Below, piece after piece: positions 9,873-18,351 of a stretch of 32,000 nt of DNA. The notes under the pieces are model-generated. The model was not told where the DNA came from. It was given only the letters and a program-made list of their open reading frames with translations, and did no database searches. The stretch is from Candidatus Saganbacteria bacterium (lineage in GTDB: Bacteria > Margulisbacteria > WOR-1 > JAKLHX01), in NCBI GenBank assembly GCA_026387835.1, contig JAPLKZ010000010.1:60001-92000 (forward strand). The letters are read 5' to 3'. The position numbers and the translations under genes were made by a program. Every line of letters begins with the position of its first letter. The stretch's first letter is position 1.

Positions 9873-10769
9873 TCACATCCGCCCGCTATCCTCTCCTATC
9901 CTGAAGCCGAACATCTGCGTATTTTTTGAATCCGGATTGATTATCACGGCATAATCCAAAGTGACATAAGGAAAAGTCGCGGTCGCTCCGGCGCTGTACC
10001 GGTCCTTTGTCCAGCCCCCGCGCACTATCAGGCCGTTCGTCAGTTTGAACTCCGCGCCGTAATGCATATAAATAGTGGCGCCCTTTTCTGATTTCAAGTC
10101 CCTGAACTCCGCGTCAACTGCCAATATGCTGTCTTTTGACGCGGCGGGGTTCATCGCCGCCCCTAATCTCACCGTCGAACTGACGGGGGCCGTATTTTTG
10201 ACAAGGTCCTGGAACAGTACCCCGACATTGATCTCCGCCATCAAAGGAGCTTTGATGCCCGCGTCAAGGGTCCAGCCTTTATCATCACCGCCGGCAAGCG
10301 ACCACGCGATGTTCTTGAACGTGACGCCCCACGATACTTTGTTGTTTCCCTTTGTCCCGAATGAAAAACCGGTGACCGAGACCTTTTGCCCGGTCTTGTC
10401 CCACCTGTTCCAGTTGGCAAAACCCGCCTGACTTGTAGCGACCGCGTAACAGTCATTGACGTCATAGGAATCGGTGTTCATGTCAAGATATCCCCGCGTA
10501 TATTGCGCCTTTGCATCCGAAAGGCCGGCGGGATTATAAAATATGGCGTCACTGTCATCGGCCACCGCGGTGAACGCGCCGCCCATGCCGATAGGCCGCA
10601 CTCCGAAACCGTCTTTTAGGACGGATTCAAGATAAGTATCGGCAAATGAAGGTTTAGATATAGATAGCAAGATCACTATAACAAAAAAACAAACGGACCT
10701 GAAATATTTTTCTTCTCTAACTGCGAACTGCGAATTACGAACTGCTTTTTTCGAGTTTGTCTTAATCAT
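9873..10769 (-). CDS. outer-membrane beta-barrel protein, PorV/PorQ (UPF0164)-like
   Basis: 298 aa with a signal peptide ending SKPSFA/DT. The family-typical N-terminal motif is VRPIGMGGAFTAVADDSDAIFYNPAGLS. The remainder shows an alternating beta-strand pattern and an aromatic C-terminal region. It is a paralogue of 29299-30468. Confidence 0.65.
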   Translation of the reverse strand: MIKTNSKKAVRNSQFAVREEKYFRSVCFFVIVILLSISKPSFADTYLESVLKDGFGVRPIGMGGAFTAVADDSDAIFYNPAGLSDAKAQYTRGYLDMNTDSYDVNDCYAVATSQAGFANWNRWDKTGQKVSVTGFSFGTKGNNKVSWGVTFKNIAWSLAGGDDKGWTLDAGIKAPLMAEINVGVLFQDLVKNTAPVSSTVRLGAAMNPAASKDSILAVDAEFRDLKSEKGATIYMHYGAEFKLTNGLIVRGGWTKDRYSAGATATFPYVTLDYAVIINPDSKNTQMFGFRIGEDSGRM

Positions 10770-10792
10770 TTTCTATATTGTATACTATTAGC

Positions 10793-12238
10793 ATGTCCTC
10801 TTCAAACAAAAAAGTACGGGTCAGATTCGCCCCAAGCCCCACCGGTTATCTTCACGTCGGAGGGGCAAGGACCGCGCTTTATAACTGGCTGTTCGCAAGG
10901 AAGATGAAAGGTGATTTTATCCTCAGAATAGAGGACACCGACAAGGCCCGCTCCACCCAGGACGCCACGCAGGCGATACTCGACGGGCTCGAGTGGCTCG
11001 GAATGGACTGGGACGAAGGCCCTTTTTACCAGACAGAGAGGCTTGATATCTACCGAGAGTACGCGCAGAAGCTTCTTGAAGAAGGAAAAGCTTATTACTG
11101 TTTTTGCACCGGTGAAGAGCTTGCCGCCCAGAGAAAAGAAGCCCGGGAAAAAAAGGAAGCTCCCCGTTACAACGGAAAATGCAGGAAACTCACGGCCGAC
11201 GAGCAAAAGAAACTTATAGCCGGCGGAAAACCCGCTGTCCTGAGGTTCAAGACCCCGGTCGAAGGAACGACCATCGTCGATGATCTTATAAGAGGCCCCG
11301 TAAAATTCGAAAATGGCCTGCTTGATGATTTTGTGATACTTAAGACCGACACTTTTCCCACGTACAATTTCGCGGCGGTCATAGACGACCACTTGATGGA
11401 GATCACGCATGTTATCCGCGGCGACGACCATCTTTCAAATACCCCGCGGCAGATCCTTATGTACCGGGCTTTAGGGTTTGATCTGCCAAAGTTCGCCCAT
11501 ATCCCGATGATACTCGGAAAGGACAAAGCAAGGATGAGCAAGCGCCACGGCGCGACTTCGGTAATAGATTATAAAGGCCTGGGTTATCTGCCGGAAGCCA
11601 TGATCAACTATCTCGCGCGGCTCGGATGGGGCCACGCGGACCAGGAAATATTTTCAAGGGAAGAACTGATCGATCTGTTCACTCTTGAAAAGGTTAACAA
11701 GACTTCCGCGGTGTTCGACACTGACAAGCTTGACTGGCTGAACGCGCACTACATAAGGCAGTCGCTGCCGGAGAGGCTCATGGACCTCACAAGGCCTTTC
11801 CTTGAAAAGGCGTACCCTTCTTACACTGAACTGTCAAAAACAAAGGGAGGGATCGACCATATCAGAAAGATAATCGTCTGCCTGCAGGACAGGATGAAGA
11901 CGGTGAACGAGGTCGTAGCTCTCTCGGATTTCTTTTTCAGCGATGAATTGAAGTTCGATCCCGCGGCCGTGCAGAAACACCTTAAAGAAGAAGGGGTAGC
12001 GGACATCCTCTCAAGGCTGAAAGAAGGACTTTCAAAGGTCTCCCCTTTCACAAAAGATAACATCGAGCCCGTTTTCAGGAATTTAGCAAAAGAACTCGGC
12101 GTAAAGGCCGGAAAAGTGATCCACCCTGCGCGGGTCGCGCTCACCGGAAGGTCGGATTCCCCGCCGATGTTCGACACCGTCGAGATCATCGGGAAAGAGA
12201 CCTCGATAAAGAGACTTGAAGCCGCCCTCGCGAAATAA
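10793..12238 (+). CDS. gltX: glutamyl-tRNA synthetase
   Basis: The track ORF starts at TTG 10778. The ATG at 10793 gives MSSSNKKVRVRFAPSPTGYLHVGGARTALYNW, which contains the HIGH motif. The KMSKS-type motif RMSKRHG is also present. Confidence 0.95.
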   Translation: MSSSNKKVRVRFAPSPTGYLHVGGARTALYNWLFARKMKGDFILRIEDTDKARSTQDATQAILDGLEWLGMDWDEGPFYQTERLDIYREYAQKLLEEGKAYYCFCTGEELAAQRKEAREKKEAPRYNGKCRKLTADEQKKLIAGGKPAVLRFKTPVEGTTIVDDLIRGPVKFENGLLDDFVILKTDTFPTYNFAAVIDDHLMEITHVIRGDDHLSNTPRQILMYRALGFDLPKFAHIPMILGKDKARMSKRHGATSVIDYKGLGYLPEAMINYLARLGWGHADQEIFSREELIDLFTLEKVNKTSAVFDTDKLDWLNAHYIRQSLPERLMDLTRPFLEKAYPSYTELSKTKGGIDHIRKIIVCLQDRMKTVNEVVALSDFFFSDELKFDPAAVQKHLKEEGVADILSRLKEGLSKVSPFTKDNIEPVFRNLAKELGVKAGKVIHPARVALTGRSDSPPMFDTVEIIGKETSIKRLEAALAK

Positions 12239-12304
12239 TCGTTCCGGACATTTTCCCTGAAATTTCCCGATAAATATACCGATAAATTATTAGAGGTAAT
12301 TTTT

Positions 12305-13684
12305 GTGGCTAACGTATGCGGTCTTGTCCCGCAAGGAATAAGCTTGTTTGAGAACAAAGCAAACACATCGTTGCGGCTGAGAGGATATAGAACCACTTTT
12401 CTATCCAGGCTTGTGGAGAATAATTTGGTCTTTTCCGAAAAAGCTTTGATGCGGGACCAGAGGTCCATAGGCCTGCGGAAATGGTTCCTGGAAAGCGGCT
12501 GCTCGTCATTTTCCGATGATGTCGCGGATGCGGCCAAGGCGGATGTCATTGTAGCGCAGCGGCCTTCCTCAAGAGATGTTGAAGAACAACTGTTTTACAG
12601 GAGTATTGTGAATGCGGCACGGTCTGAGTGTGTTTTTATCCATCCTATAAACAGTATAAATGTCAGGAATATGCTCAATTTTGTTTTCCCTTACGACAAA
12701 AAAGCCGGAGAAAATAAATATCTATCGGTCACCGAATGTGACTCGCAAGTCTCAAGGGTCAGATTCGACGAAATGCAGCAAAACACGGCAATATCGGCAG
12801 CTATGGCCGAAACACCTCCCTCGGGCTTTATCTTCGCGGAGAGATTTAACCTTGCGCTTTTGAACCCGGGCGGAATAATATCTGCACTTGAGGACCCAAA
12901 TCTGAACCGATTATTCGAGGAGGCAGGAGCAAATGCAGGCGGGACCGCTATATGTTTCAGCCCTCACGCTGACGACTTTCCTATAGCGGCGGCAGGATTA
13001 GGGATGCATCTGCGATCCAAAGGCTGGAATGTCTTTGATCTTGTGCTCACGCTTGGCCATATGGGGATACTCGATGATTACGCAAAAAGACATGAGGAGA
13101 CATCGGACAGAGACCTGATGGCCACAAAATTGAGGATCAGGACTGAAGAACTTGAAAGATCGGATAAGCTTCTGGGAATAAACGGCTGGAAGCTTCTCAG
13201 CCTCGGATTTTATGACCGGAGAAAAACCGACGGCCCTGACATTGGCAGACGCGTCGTATTCTCAGAAGATGAAGAACAAGCAAGTAAAGCTGTTGACAGT
13301 TTCTCGCGCACGGTTAACCTTGCATTTATACCGCATCAGGCGGACATGAACTGGGACCACATCGCCACTAGAAATATCTCTTTAAAGATCCTCAGCCGGG
13401 TTGCTAGCCGGCAGGGCCATCCGATAGTCCTTGCTTCGTATCCGTCCCCGTGGTTCACCGGATATCCTCCAATAAACTCTCTTCTTTATTATCGGGCGGA
13501 CAACGATTTCGCCGGGATGTATCCCTCGGCTTATTACGCGCAGCTCGCCCTCGCTGAAGCGGGCAGGGAATTAGCGGCGGGGCTGAATCCGCCGCCGCTA
13601 GAATATTTTTGTGAAGCACAGCCCAACGCGGGCCGCGTGATGGCAGAGGGCTTTTATATCGCGACCGCAGAGGCATTAAGATGA
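12305..13684 (+). CDS. LmbE/PIG-L-family deacetylase domain protein with unrecognised ~210-aa N-terminal extension
   Basis: 459-aa ORF with a GTG start and AGAGG 9 nt upstream. The motif AICFSPHADDFPIAAAGLGMHL (12956-12979 encodes FSPHADDF) matches the zinc-site signature (A/V)xSPHPDD of PIG-L/LmbE deacetylases. A later IPHQADMNWDH is a possible second His motif. The start codon is uncertain. Confidence 0.6.
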   Translation: MANVCGLVPQGISLFENKANTSLRLRGYRTTFLSRLVENNLVFSEKALMRDQRSIGLRKWFLESGCSSFSDDVADAAKADVIVAQRPSSRDVEEQLFYRSIVNAARSECVFIHPINSINVRNMLNFVFPYDKKAGENKYLSVTECDSQVSRVRFDEMQQNTAISAAMAETPPSGFIFAERFNLALLNPGGIISALEDPNLNRLFEEAGANAGGTAICFSPHADDFPIAAAGLGMHLRSKGWNVFDLVLTLGHMGILDDYAKRHEETSDRDLMATKLRIRTEELERSDKLLGINGWKLLSLGFYDRRKTDGPDIGRRVVFSEDEEQASKAVDSFSRTVNLAFIPHQADMNWDHIATRNISLKILSRVASRQGHPIVLASYPSPWFTGYPPINSLLYYRADNDFAGMYPSAYYAQLALAEAGRELAAGLNPPPLEYFCEAQPNAGRVMAEGFYIATAEALR

Positions 13685-13761
13685 GAAAGGTAATATTCAA
13701 AAATGAAAGGAGGGGTTTTTGATCGTCCGGTTCCAAAATATTTACAAGGAGGAAATAAATA

Positions 13762-14679
13762 ATGTCTGCAAAAATTTCGCTTATTCAGGAGGGTTTTCCG
13801 GTAAGTCCGGCTTTAAAACCTCAGCTTAAATGTTTGAGAATGAACGGGATGAACGTTGTCATTGCACCCAACAGAAGGGTGATGGGAGAGGCGGCAGCTT
13901 TTGCTCTTCAACATTTTGTAGACCTTCATCTGACCAGACACGTCTCATGGGCGGGAATCTTTGCCGCAGCGCCTTCACAGGATGATGTGTACAGTTCGCT
14001 TGTCGGAAACAAGGCATTCCCTTGGGGTTCCATGAGAGCCGCGTTCCAGATGGACGAGTACGCGACACTTCCGCCGACCGATAAAAAAAGCTTCAGATGG
14101 TACCATAATACCCATCTATGGGGGGAACTGTCATCACAAGGAAGAGCGATCGATCCTGCAAAGATATCCCAAATCAAAGGAGAGAATCCGGACCCGTCAT
14201 CGATGGCAAGAATTTATGCGTCCTTGCTAAAAAGTTCCCGTCCCGAGTTCGTGCAGGGCGGTTTCGGAGAAGTGAACGCACACATCGCTTTCAACGATCC
14301 TCCACTTGCAAAGTTCGAGGATCCGGAACTGGTGAAGGTCATTGACATCGCGCCTGAAGCAAAAGCCCAGCAGGTGGCCGAGGGACATTATAAAAGACCC
14401 GAAGATGTTCCTCTGGCGTTGACCCTGACCATACCGGCCCTGACGCGCGGGATAAAATACTGGTCGTGCGTCGTCCCTACAGAAAGAAAGGCACTGGCTG
14501 TGCGTAACGCATTATTTGAACCGGTTTCTGAAAAATTCCCTGGCAGTATTCTAAGACTTGCGGGAACATCCCGGTACGAACTCGAAAGGATGACATCATG
14601 CCTGTTCCTTGAACCCGGCTCGGCAAGCTTGATAAAGGATGATGTCGATGCTTTTTATAGGACCGTTGTAGCACAATAA
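13762..14679 (+). CDS. NagB / 6-phosphogluconolactonase-family sugar-phosphate deaminase/isomerase
   Basis: 305 aa with a strong SD (AAGGAGG) 8 nt upstream. FQMDEYATLP and GGFGEVNAHIAFNDPP parallel the NagB motifs FNMDEYVGLP and GGVGNDGHIAFNEP. Confidence 0.75.
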   Translation: MSAKISLIQEGFPVSPALKPQLKCLRMNGMNVVIAPNRRVMGEAAAFALQHFVDLHLTRHVSWAGIFAAAPSQDDVYSSLVGNKAFPWGSMRAAFQMDEYATLPPTDKKSFRWYHNTHLWGELSSQGRAIDPAKISQIKGENPDPSSMARIYASLLKSSRPEFVQGGFGEVNAHIAFNDPPLAKFEDPELVKVIDIAPEAKAQQVAEGHYKRPEDVPLALTLTIPALTRGIKYWSCVVPTERKALAVRNALFEPVSEKFPGSILRLAGTSRYELERMTSCLFLEPGSASLIKDDVDAFYRTVVAQ

Positions 14680-14730
14680 GACCGGCAGCTAGTCGATAGA
14701 TATTTGAGAAGATTAAAAGGAGTATTTACT

Positions 14731-15423
14731 ATGTCAATAGTCGATTTCGGGAGACCGATCGGAAGACTCGATAAAACTGATTCAAGACACCGTTTCACTC
14801 CGTCTCGTGAAGGGCCTATAGCGGCTGCAGTGTTAAAAAAAACAAACATATTGACATATAACGCAGCTCTTCCTGACAAAATAACAATAAGATGTATAAC
14901 CGGAAATGAGCATTTAATGTTGCCAAGGGAAGAAGCCGTTCCGATCACAGCCACAGGGGTTGATTTTCTCTCGGCTTTTGATATCGCGGAAGTGACAGTC
15001 GACGCACTGAACCACCCGGAGGTAGTCGGCTTTGCAAAAATAGCGCTTCACTTGTTCGCTAACAATTATGAGACTATTTGTCATGCGCTGGATCCGGATA
15101 CGACTATTGCAGGGATTTTCCGGCCATATTCAAATGTTACTACTCCGGAATACGCTATGACATTGCCTAAGTGGTTTTCTCCCAGGCTTAACGGCGAAGG
15201 AGCAATACTTATGACCGGGAAGCCGTTGGGAGCAGGGGAATTCAATACCAAAGGTCAAAAAGTCATCGGCCTGTTTGCTCAACTCGGGCTTACAATTCCG
15301 CCGGAAGATTCGATATGGTTAAGTTGGTTCCGGTTGTGGGACGATGGTGCTGCACATCAGGCAACTTTCGGGATTCCTTTCCCTTTGCTCACGGCTTATA
15401 AGCAACAGAAAATGGGCCAGTAG
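14731..15423 (+). CDS. hypothetical protein (230 aa)
   Basis: The track ORF is 14704-15423. I prefer the ATG at 14731 because AAGGAG lies 8 nt upstream. I recognise no motif. It is on the same strand as the two preceding genes and 52 nt after the NagB-like stop codon. Confidence 0.6.
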   Translation: MSIVDFGRPIGRLDKTDSRHRFTPSREGPIAAAVLKKTNILTYNAALPDKITIRCITGNEHLMLPREEAVPITATGVDFLSAFDIAEVTVDALNHPEVVGFAKIALHLFANNYETICHALDPDTTIAGIFRPYSNVTTPEYAMTLPKWFSPRLNGEGAILMTGKPLGAGEFNTKGQKVIGLFAQLGLTIPPEDSIWLSWFRLWDDGAAHQATFGIPFPLLTAYKQQKMGQ

Positions 15424-15432
15424 CTGACCGGT

Positions 15433-16278
15433 CTATTTATTGGAAATATACCCGATGATCTTATAGATGAGTTTCGCGATCGTATATTCGCAGTGATGCA
15501 AATTCGGCTTTGGCGAGAGCTCCACGACATCAAACCCGATAATATTCTTGGCGGAAATAACCGTTCTTAAAATATTCAGGACCTGATACCAGTTAAGCCC
15601 TCCGGGCTCCGGGGTCCCGGTCGCCGGCATTATGGACGGGTCAAAAGCATCGACATCGAAAGTGATGTACACATCATTCGTAAGCTGTTTCGCGAGAGAA
15701 TTTATCTTTGAGTCATCAAAACTATGCGCATAATAGACGTTGCCGTTAAGTCCGTTGTCTTTTAAATATTTTATCTCGTCTATGTCCGCGCTCCTGATGC
15801 CGACCTGCACTGCGGGACACATTTCCCTCACTCTTCTCATTATGCACGCGTGACTATATTTTGACCCGCGGTAAGAATCCCGCAGGTCCGCATGCGCATC
15901 GAACTGGAGGACGCTAAGATCATCGCAAGCTTCTTTTGCCGCTTTTATTGCCCCGTAACTGACCGAATGTTCCCCGCCTAATAGGACCGGGATCTTTTTA
16001 TCGGACAATACTTTTTTTACTGTTTTGTAGACCGTGTTATGAGGATCTTTAGTCAGGACCAGCGGAGAGAGGACGCTGATACCGTATTTTTTATAGGGCT
16101 CGCACCCCAGCTCGATATCGTAGTCTTCAACTGTCTGGGAAGCTTTCAGTATCGCCGAAGGTCCTTTCCTGGTGCCTTTGCCGTAAGTAGTCGTGGCTTC
16201 ATAAGGAGCGGGGATGATAATAAATTTGGAAGAAGAATATTTGCTGAACTCAGGTTCTATTTCCAGGAACCTTTTCAA
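15433..16278 (-). CDS. speB: agmatinase (arginase/ureohydrolase family)
   Basis: 281 aa. The Mn-binding motifs are GGEHSVSYG, LQFDAHADLRD, SHACIMRR, ITFDVDAFDPSIMPATGTPEPGGL and GFDVVELSP. Confidence 0.9.
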   Translation of the reverse strand: MKRFLEIEPEFSKYSSSKFIIIPAPYEATTTYGKGTRKGPSAILKASQTVEDYDIELGCEPYKKYGISVLSPLVLTKDPHNTVYKTVKKVLSDKKIPVLLGGEHSVSYGAIKAAKEACDDLSVLQFDAHADLRDSYRGSKYSHACIMRRVREMCPAVQVGIRSADIDEIKYLKDNGLNGNVYYAHSFDDSKINSLAKQLTNDVYITFDVDAFDPSIMPATGTPEPGGLNWYQVLNILRTVISAKNIIGFDVVELSPKPNLHHCEYTIAKLIYKIIGYISNK

Positions 16279-16739
16279 TGATAGACTCTCGGCTGCACCT
16301 GCTTCACGTCTCTTCTTTCCTTTGAAACGATCTCGGCTGCTTTCTGGATGTTCCTGGGGAACTCCATACCGCGGGACGACAGCTGCACGTCGTAGTTGGC
16401 GGCCTCGAAAAGGTCGATCATGAAAGCGGTCGCCGGCGCCGTGTCAAAGTCCTTGCAGGAGAAGATATCGATGAAAGCGTGCTGTTTTTCAGGGAAGGTG
16501 TGTATCGTTATATGGCTTTCCGCTATCAGGACCACCCCGGAGATGCCGTAATCCTCGGGCACCACGCCCTGATACTTGAAAACGTAAGGCGGCATTATCT
16601 TGGTCATTTTGATCGTATCGGGGAATTTGTCGAGCGTGTCGAATATCAGGTCCATATCGGAGAGTTTTTCTTTGTTGCATCCGTAGCAGTCTATCATCAG
16701 GTGCGGACCGAACCCGTACTGGACTTTATCTTTTTTCAA
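16275..16739 (-). CDS. speH: pyruvoyl-dependent decarboxylase proenzyme of the small SpeH/SpeD (class 1b AdoMetDC) family
   Basis: 154 aa. The self-cleavage motif is in GISGVVLIAESHITIHTFPE (ES/H site), with GPHLMIDCYGC and AFIDIFSCK also present. It has a 4-nt overlap with speB. Confidence 0.85.
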   Translation of the reverse strand: MKKDKVQYGFGPHLMIDCYGCNKEKLSDMDLIFDTLDKFPDTIKMTKIMPPYVFKYQGVVPEDYGISGVVLIAESHITIHTFPEKQHAFIDIFSCKDFDTAPATAFMIDLFEAANYDVQLSSRGMEFPRNIQKAAEIVSKERRDVKQVQPRVYH

Positions 16740-16881
16740 CTTGTTCTCTCACTTCCTTTATATATAAATATGTCTACAAAATTATTCTAAACTAACCAGT
16801 ACGATTGTCAAGCGGTTTTTTGCGTATTCATACAATTTGAAAAAAAAATCCCGTTATGGTATTCTGAAAACAGAGTGATTT

Positions 16882-18351
16882 ATGGAAGATGACCAAAAAA
16901 ACGGCAGCTCATTCACGCCTCCCGGTCTCGAGGGCACTTCGATCGGTTCCCTGAGCTCAAGGGAAGGCCTTAACGAGCTGGACGCTCTTATAGCGGAGAC
17001 CCTCAGCGAATCAAAGACAAAGGAAAGGCCCGCTTCGGCTCAGAAAGAAAGCGCCTTCGCGGCAACTCCTTTCACCATAAAACCCGCCGCCCCAAAACCC
17101 GAGTTGCAGCCCAAAGAAGAGCAGACGGTCATGAAACCTTCACAGGAGCCGGCCGCTGCCGTTAAAGAAATAAAGGCGGCGCCGCAGGCCGAGACCACAA
17201 AAGACCGCTATGACAAGACCTTCAAGACATATAATTCAGGCGATATTGTCAAAGGCACCGTTGTCAAGATCGATCCAACCGGCATCCTTGTCGATATCAA
17301 TTACAAATCCGACGGTCTCATCCCGAGCCACGAGATCGGCGACAGGGCCCTTAACGTGGGAGACAAGATCGACGTGCTCATCGACGCGGTATCGACAAAA
17401 GAGGGGCACGTGCTGCTCTCTCTCAAGAAAGCGGAAATAGAAGGCAAATGGAGGGCTCTGTACGATTCATTCAGGTTCAAGACCGCTCTTGAGGTCAAGG
17501 TCACTTCGGCGGTCGGCGGCGGCCTGGTGGTGGATTTTTCGGGTATAAGAGGTTTTGTCCCGGCATCGCAGGTCTTTAAAGGGCCGGACACTCCCCTTTC
17601 GGATTTTGTCGGAAAGATCATTCCGGTAAAAGTCTTAGAGATCGACCGCAGGTGCAGCAAGATCATAATGTCTCACCGGCTCGGCAACCAGGAAAGGCAA
17701 AAAGTCGACAGGGAAAAACTGTTCGACCAGATAGAGATCGGCCAGGTCCTCAAAGGTACCGTCTCAAATATAAAAAAGTTCGGCGCGTTCGTGAACATCA
17801 ACGGCATCGAAGGCCTTGTCCATATCAACGACCTCTCATGGAAACGGATCGACGACCCGTCGAAGGTCCTCTCTCCGGGACAGGAGATAGAGGTCTTTGT
17901 GATAGGCGTCGACAGGCAGTATAAAAAATTATCCCTGGGATTAAAACAGCTCCAGCCGGACCCCTGGGCGAACGCCGCTGACAAGTACCGGCCGGGACAG
18001 TTGATCGAAGTTAAGGTACTGAGATTTGCCAAGTTCGGCGCTTTTGTGGAGATCGAAGAAGGGATCGAAGGCCTGATACATAACACCGAGCTTACCTCCA
18101 AGAATGTGCAGAACCCGCAGGAAACGGTAAAGACAGGCGATATTGTCAAGGCAAAGGTGCTGCGCATCTCGCCCGACGAACAAAAAATTGGACTGTCTAT
18201 AAGAGAAGCGGAGATCGACGAAGAAAAAGCACAGGTAAAACAGGCGCAGCCCGCCGCTAACGGACCTAAGATAACTATAGGCGATACCGTAAGCGAAGAT
18301 ATCAAAGAACAGCTGGCAAATCAAAACAATGGACTTCCTGAACAGGCTTGA
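16882..18351 (+). CDS. rpsA: 30S ribosomal protein S1 (four S1 domains) with ~115-aa low-complexity N-terminal extension
   Basis: 489 aa. The S1 domains begin at GDIVKGTVVKIDPTGILVDI, LEVKVTSAVGGGLVVDF, GQVLKGTVSNIKKFGAFVNI and GQLIEVKVLRFAKFGAFVEI. The start is uncertain, with an alternative in-frame ATG at codon 84. Confidence 0.88.
   Translation: MEDDQKNGSSFTPPGLEGTSIGSLSSREGLNELDALIAETLSESKTKERPASAQKESAFAATPFTIKPAAPKPELQPKEEQTVMKPSQEPAAAVKEIKAAPQAETTKDRYDKTFKTYNSGDIVKGTVVKIDPTGILVDINYKSDGLIPSHEIGDRALNVGDKIDVLIDAVSTKEGHVLLSLKKAEIEGKWRALYDSFRFKTALEVKVTSAVGGGLVVDFSGIRGFVPASQVFKGPDTPLSDFVGKIIPVKVLEIDRRCSKIIMSHRLGNQERQKVDREKLFDQIEIGQVLKGTVSNIKKFGAFVNINGIEGLVHINDLSWKRIDDPSKVLSPGQEIEVFVIGVDRQYKKLSLGLKQLQPDPWANAADKYRPGQLIEVKVLRFAKFGAFVEIEEGIEGLIHNTELTSKNVQNPQETVKTGDIVKAKVLRISPDEQKIGLSIREAEIDEEKAQVKQAQPAANGPKITIGDTVSEDIKEQLANQNNGLPEQA

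Noticed and set aside
10721-10745. Short tandem heptamers AACTGCG AACTGCG AATTACG AACTGC
   Set aside because: They lie within the signal-peptide n-region coding sequence of the OMP gene (AVRNSQFAVRE). There are only 2-3 imperfect units, so I judged this a local duplication of no evident function.
12239-12450. Riboswitch or glmS-ribozyme-like leader upstream of the amino-sugar-type cluster
   Set aside because: Only short imperfect hairpins are present (for example TGCGG-TCTTGTC-CCGCA), and I recognise no conserved riboswitch core. The region is also an open reading frame, so nothing can be supported without a covariance-model scan.
11821-12549. 242-aa minus-strand ORF spanning the gltX 3' end, the intergenic region and the start of the LmbE-like ORF
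   Set aside because: It has a Ser-rich antisense-type composition and overlaps the well-supported gltX C-terminus. I keep it only as a caveat on the true start of the 12305 ORF.
17673-18305. 210-aa ORF antisense to rpsA (plus 17301-17666 and 17941-18513)
   Set aside because: These ORFs lie opposite a clear four-domain S1 protein, and their products have no recognisable features.
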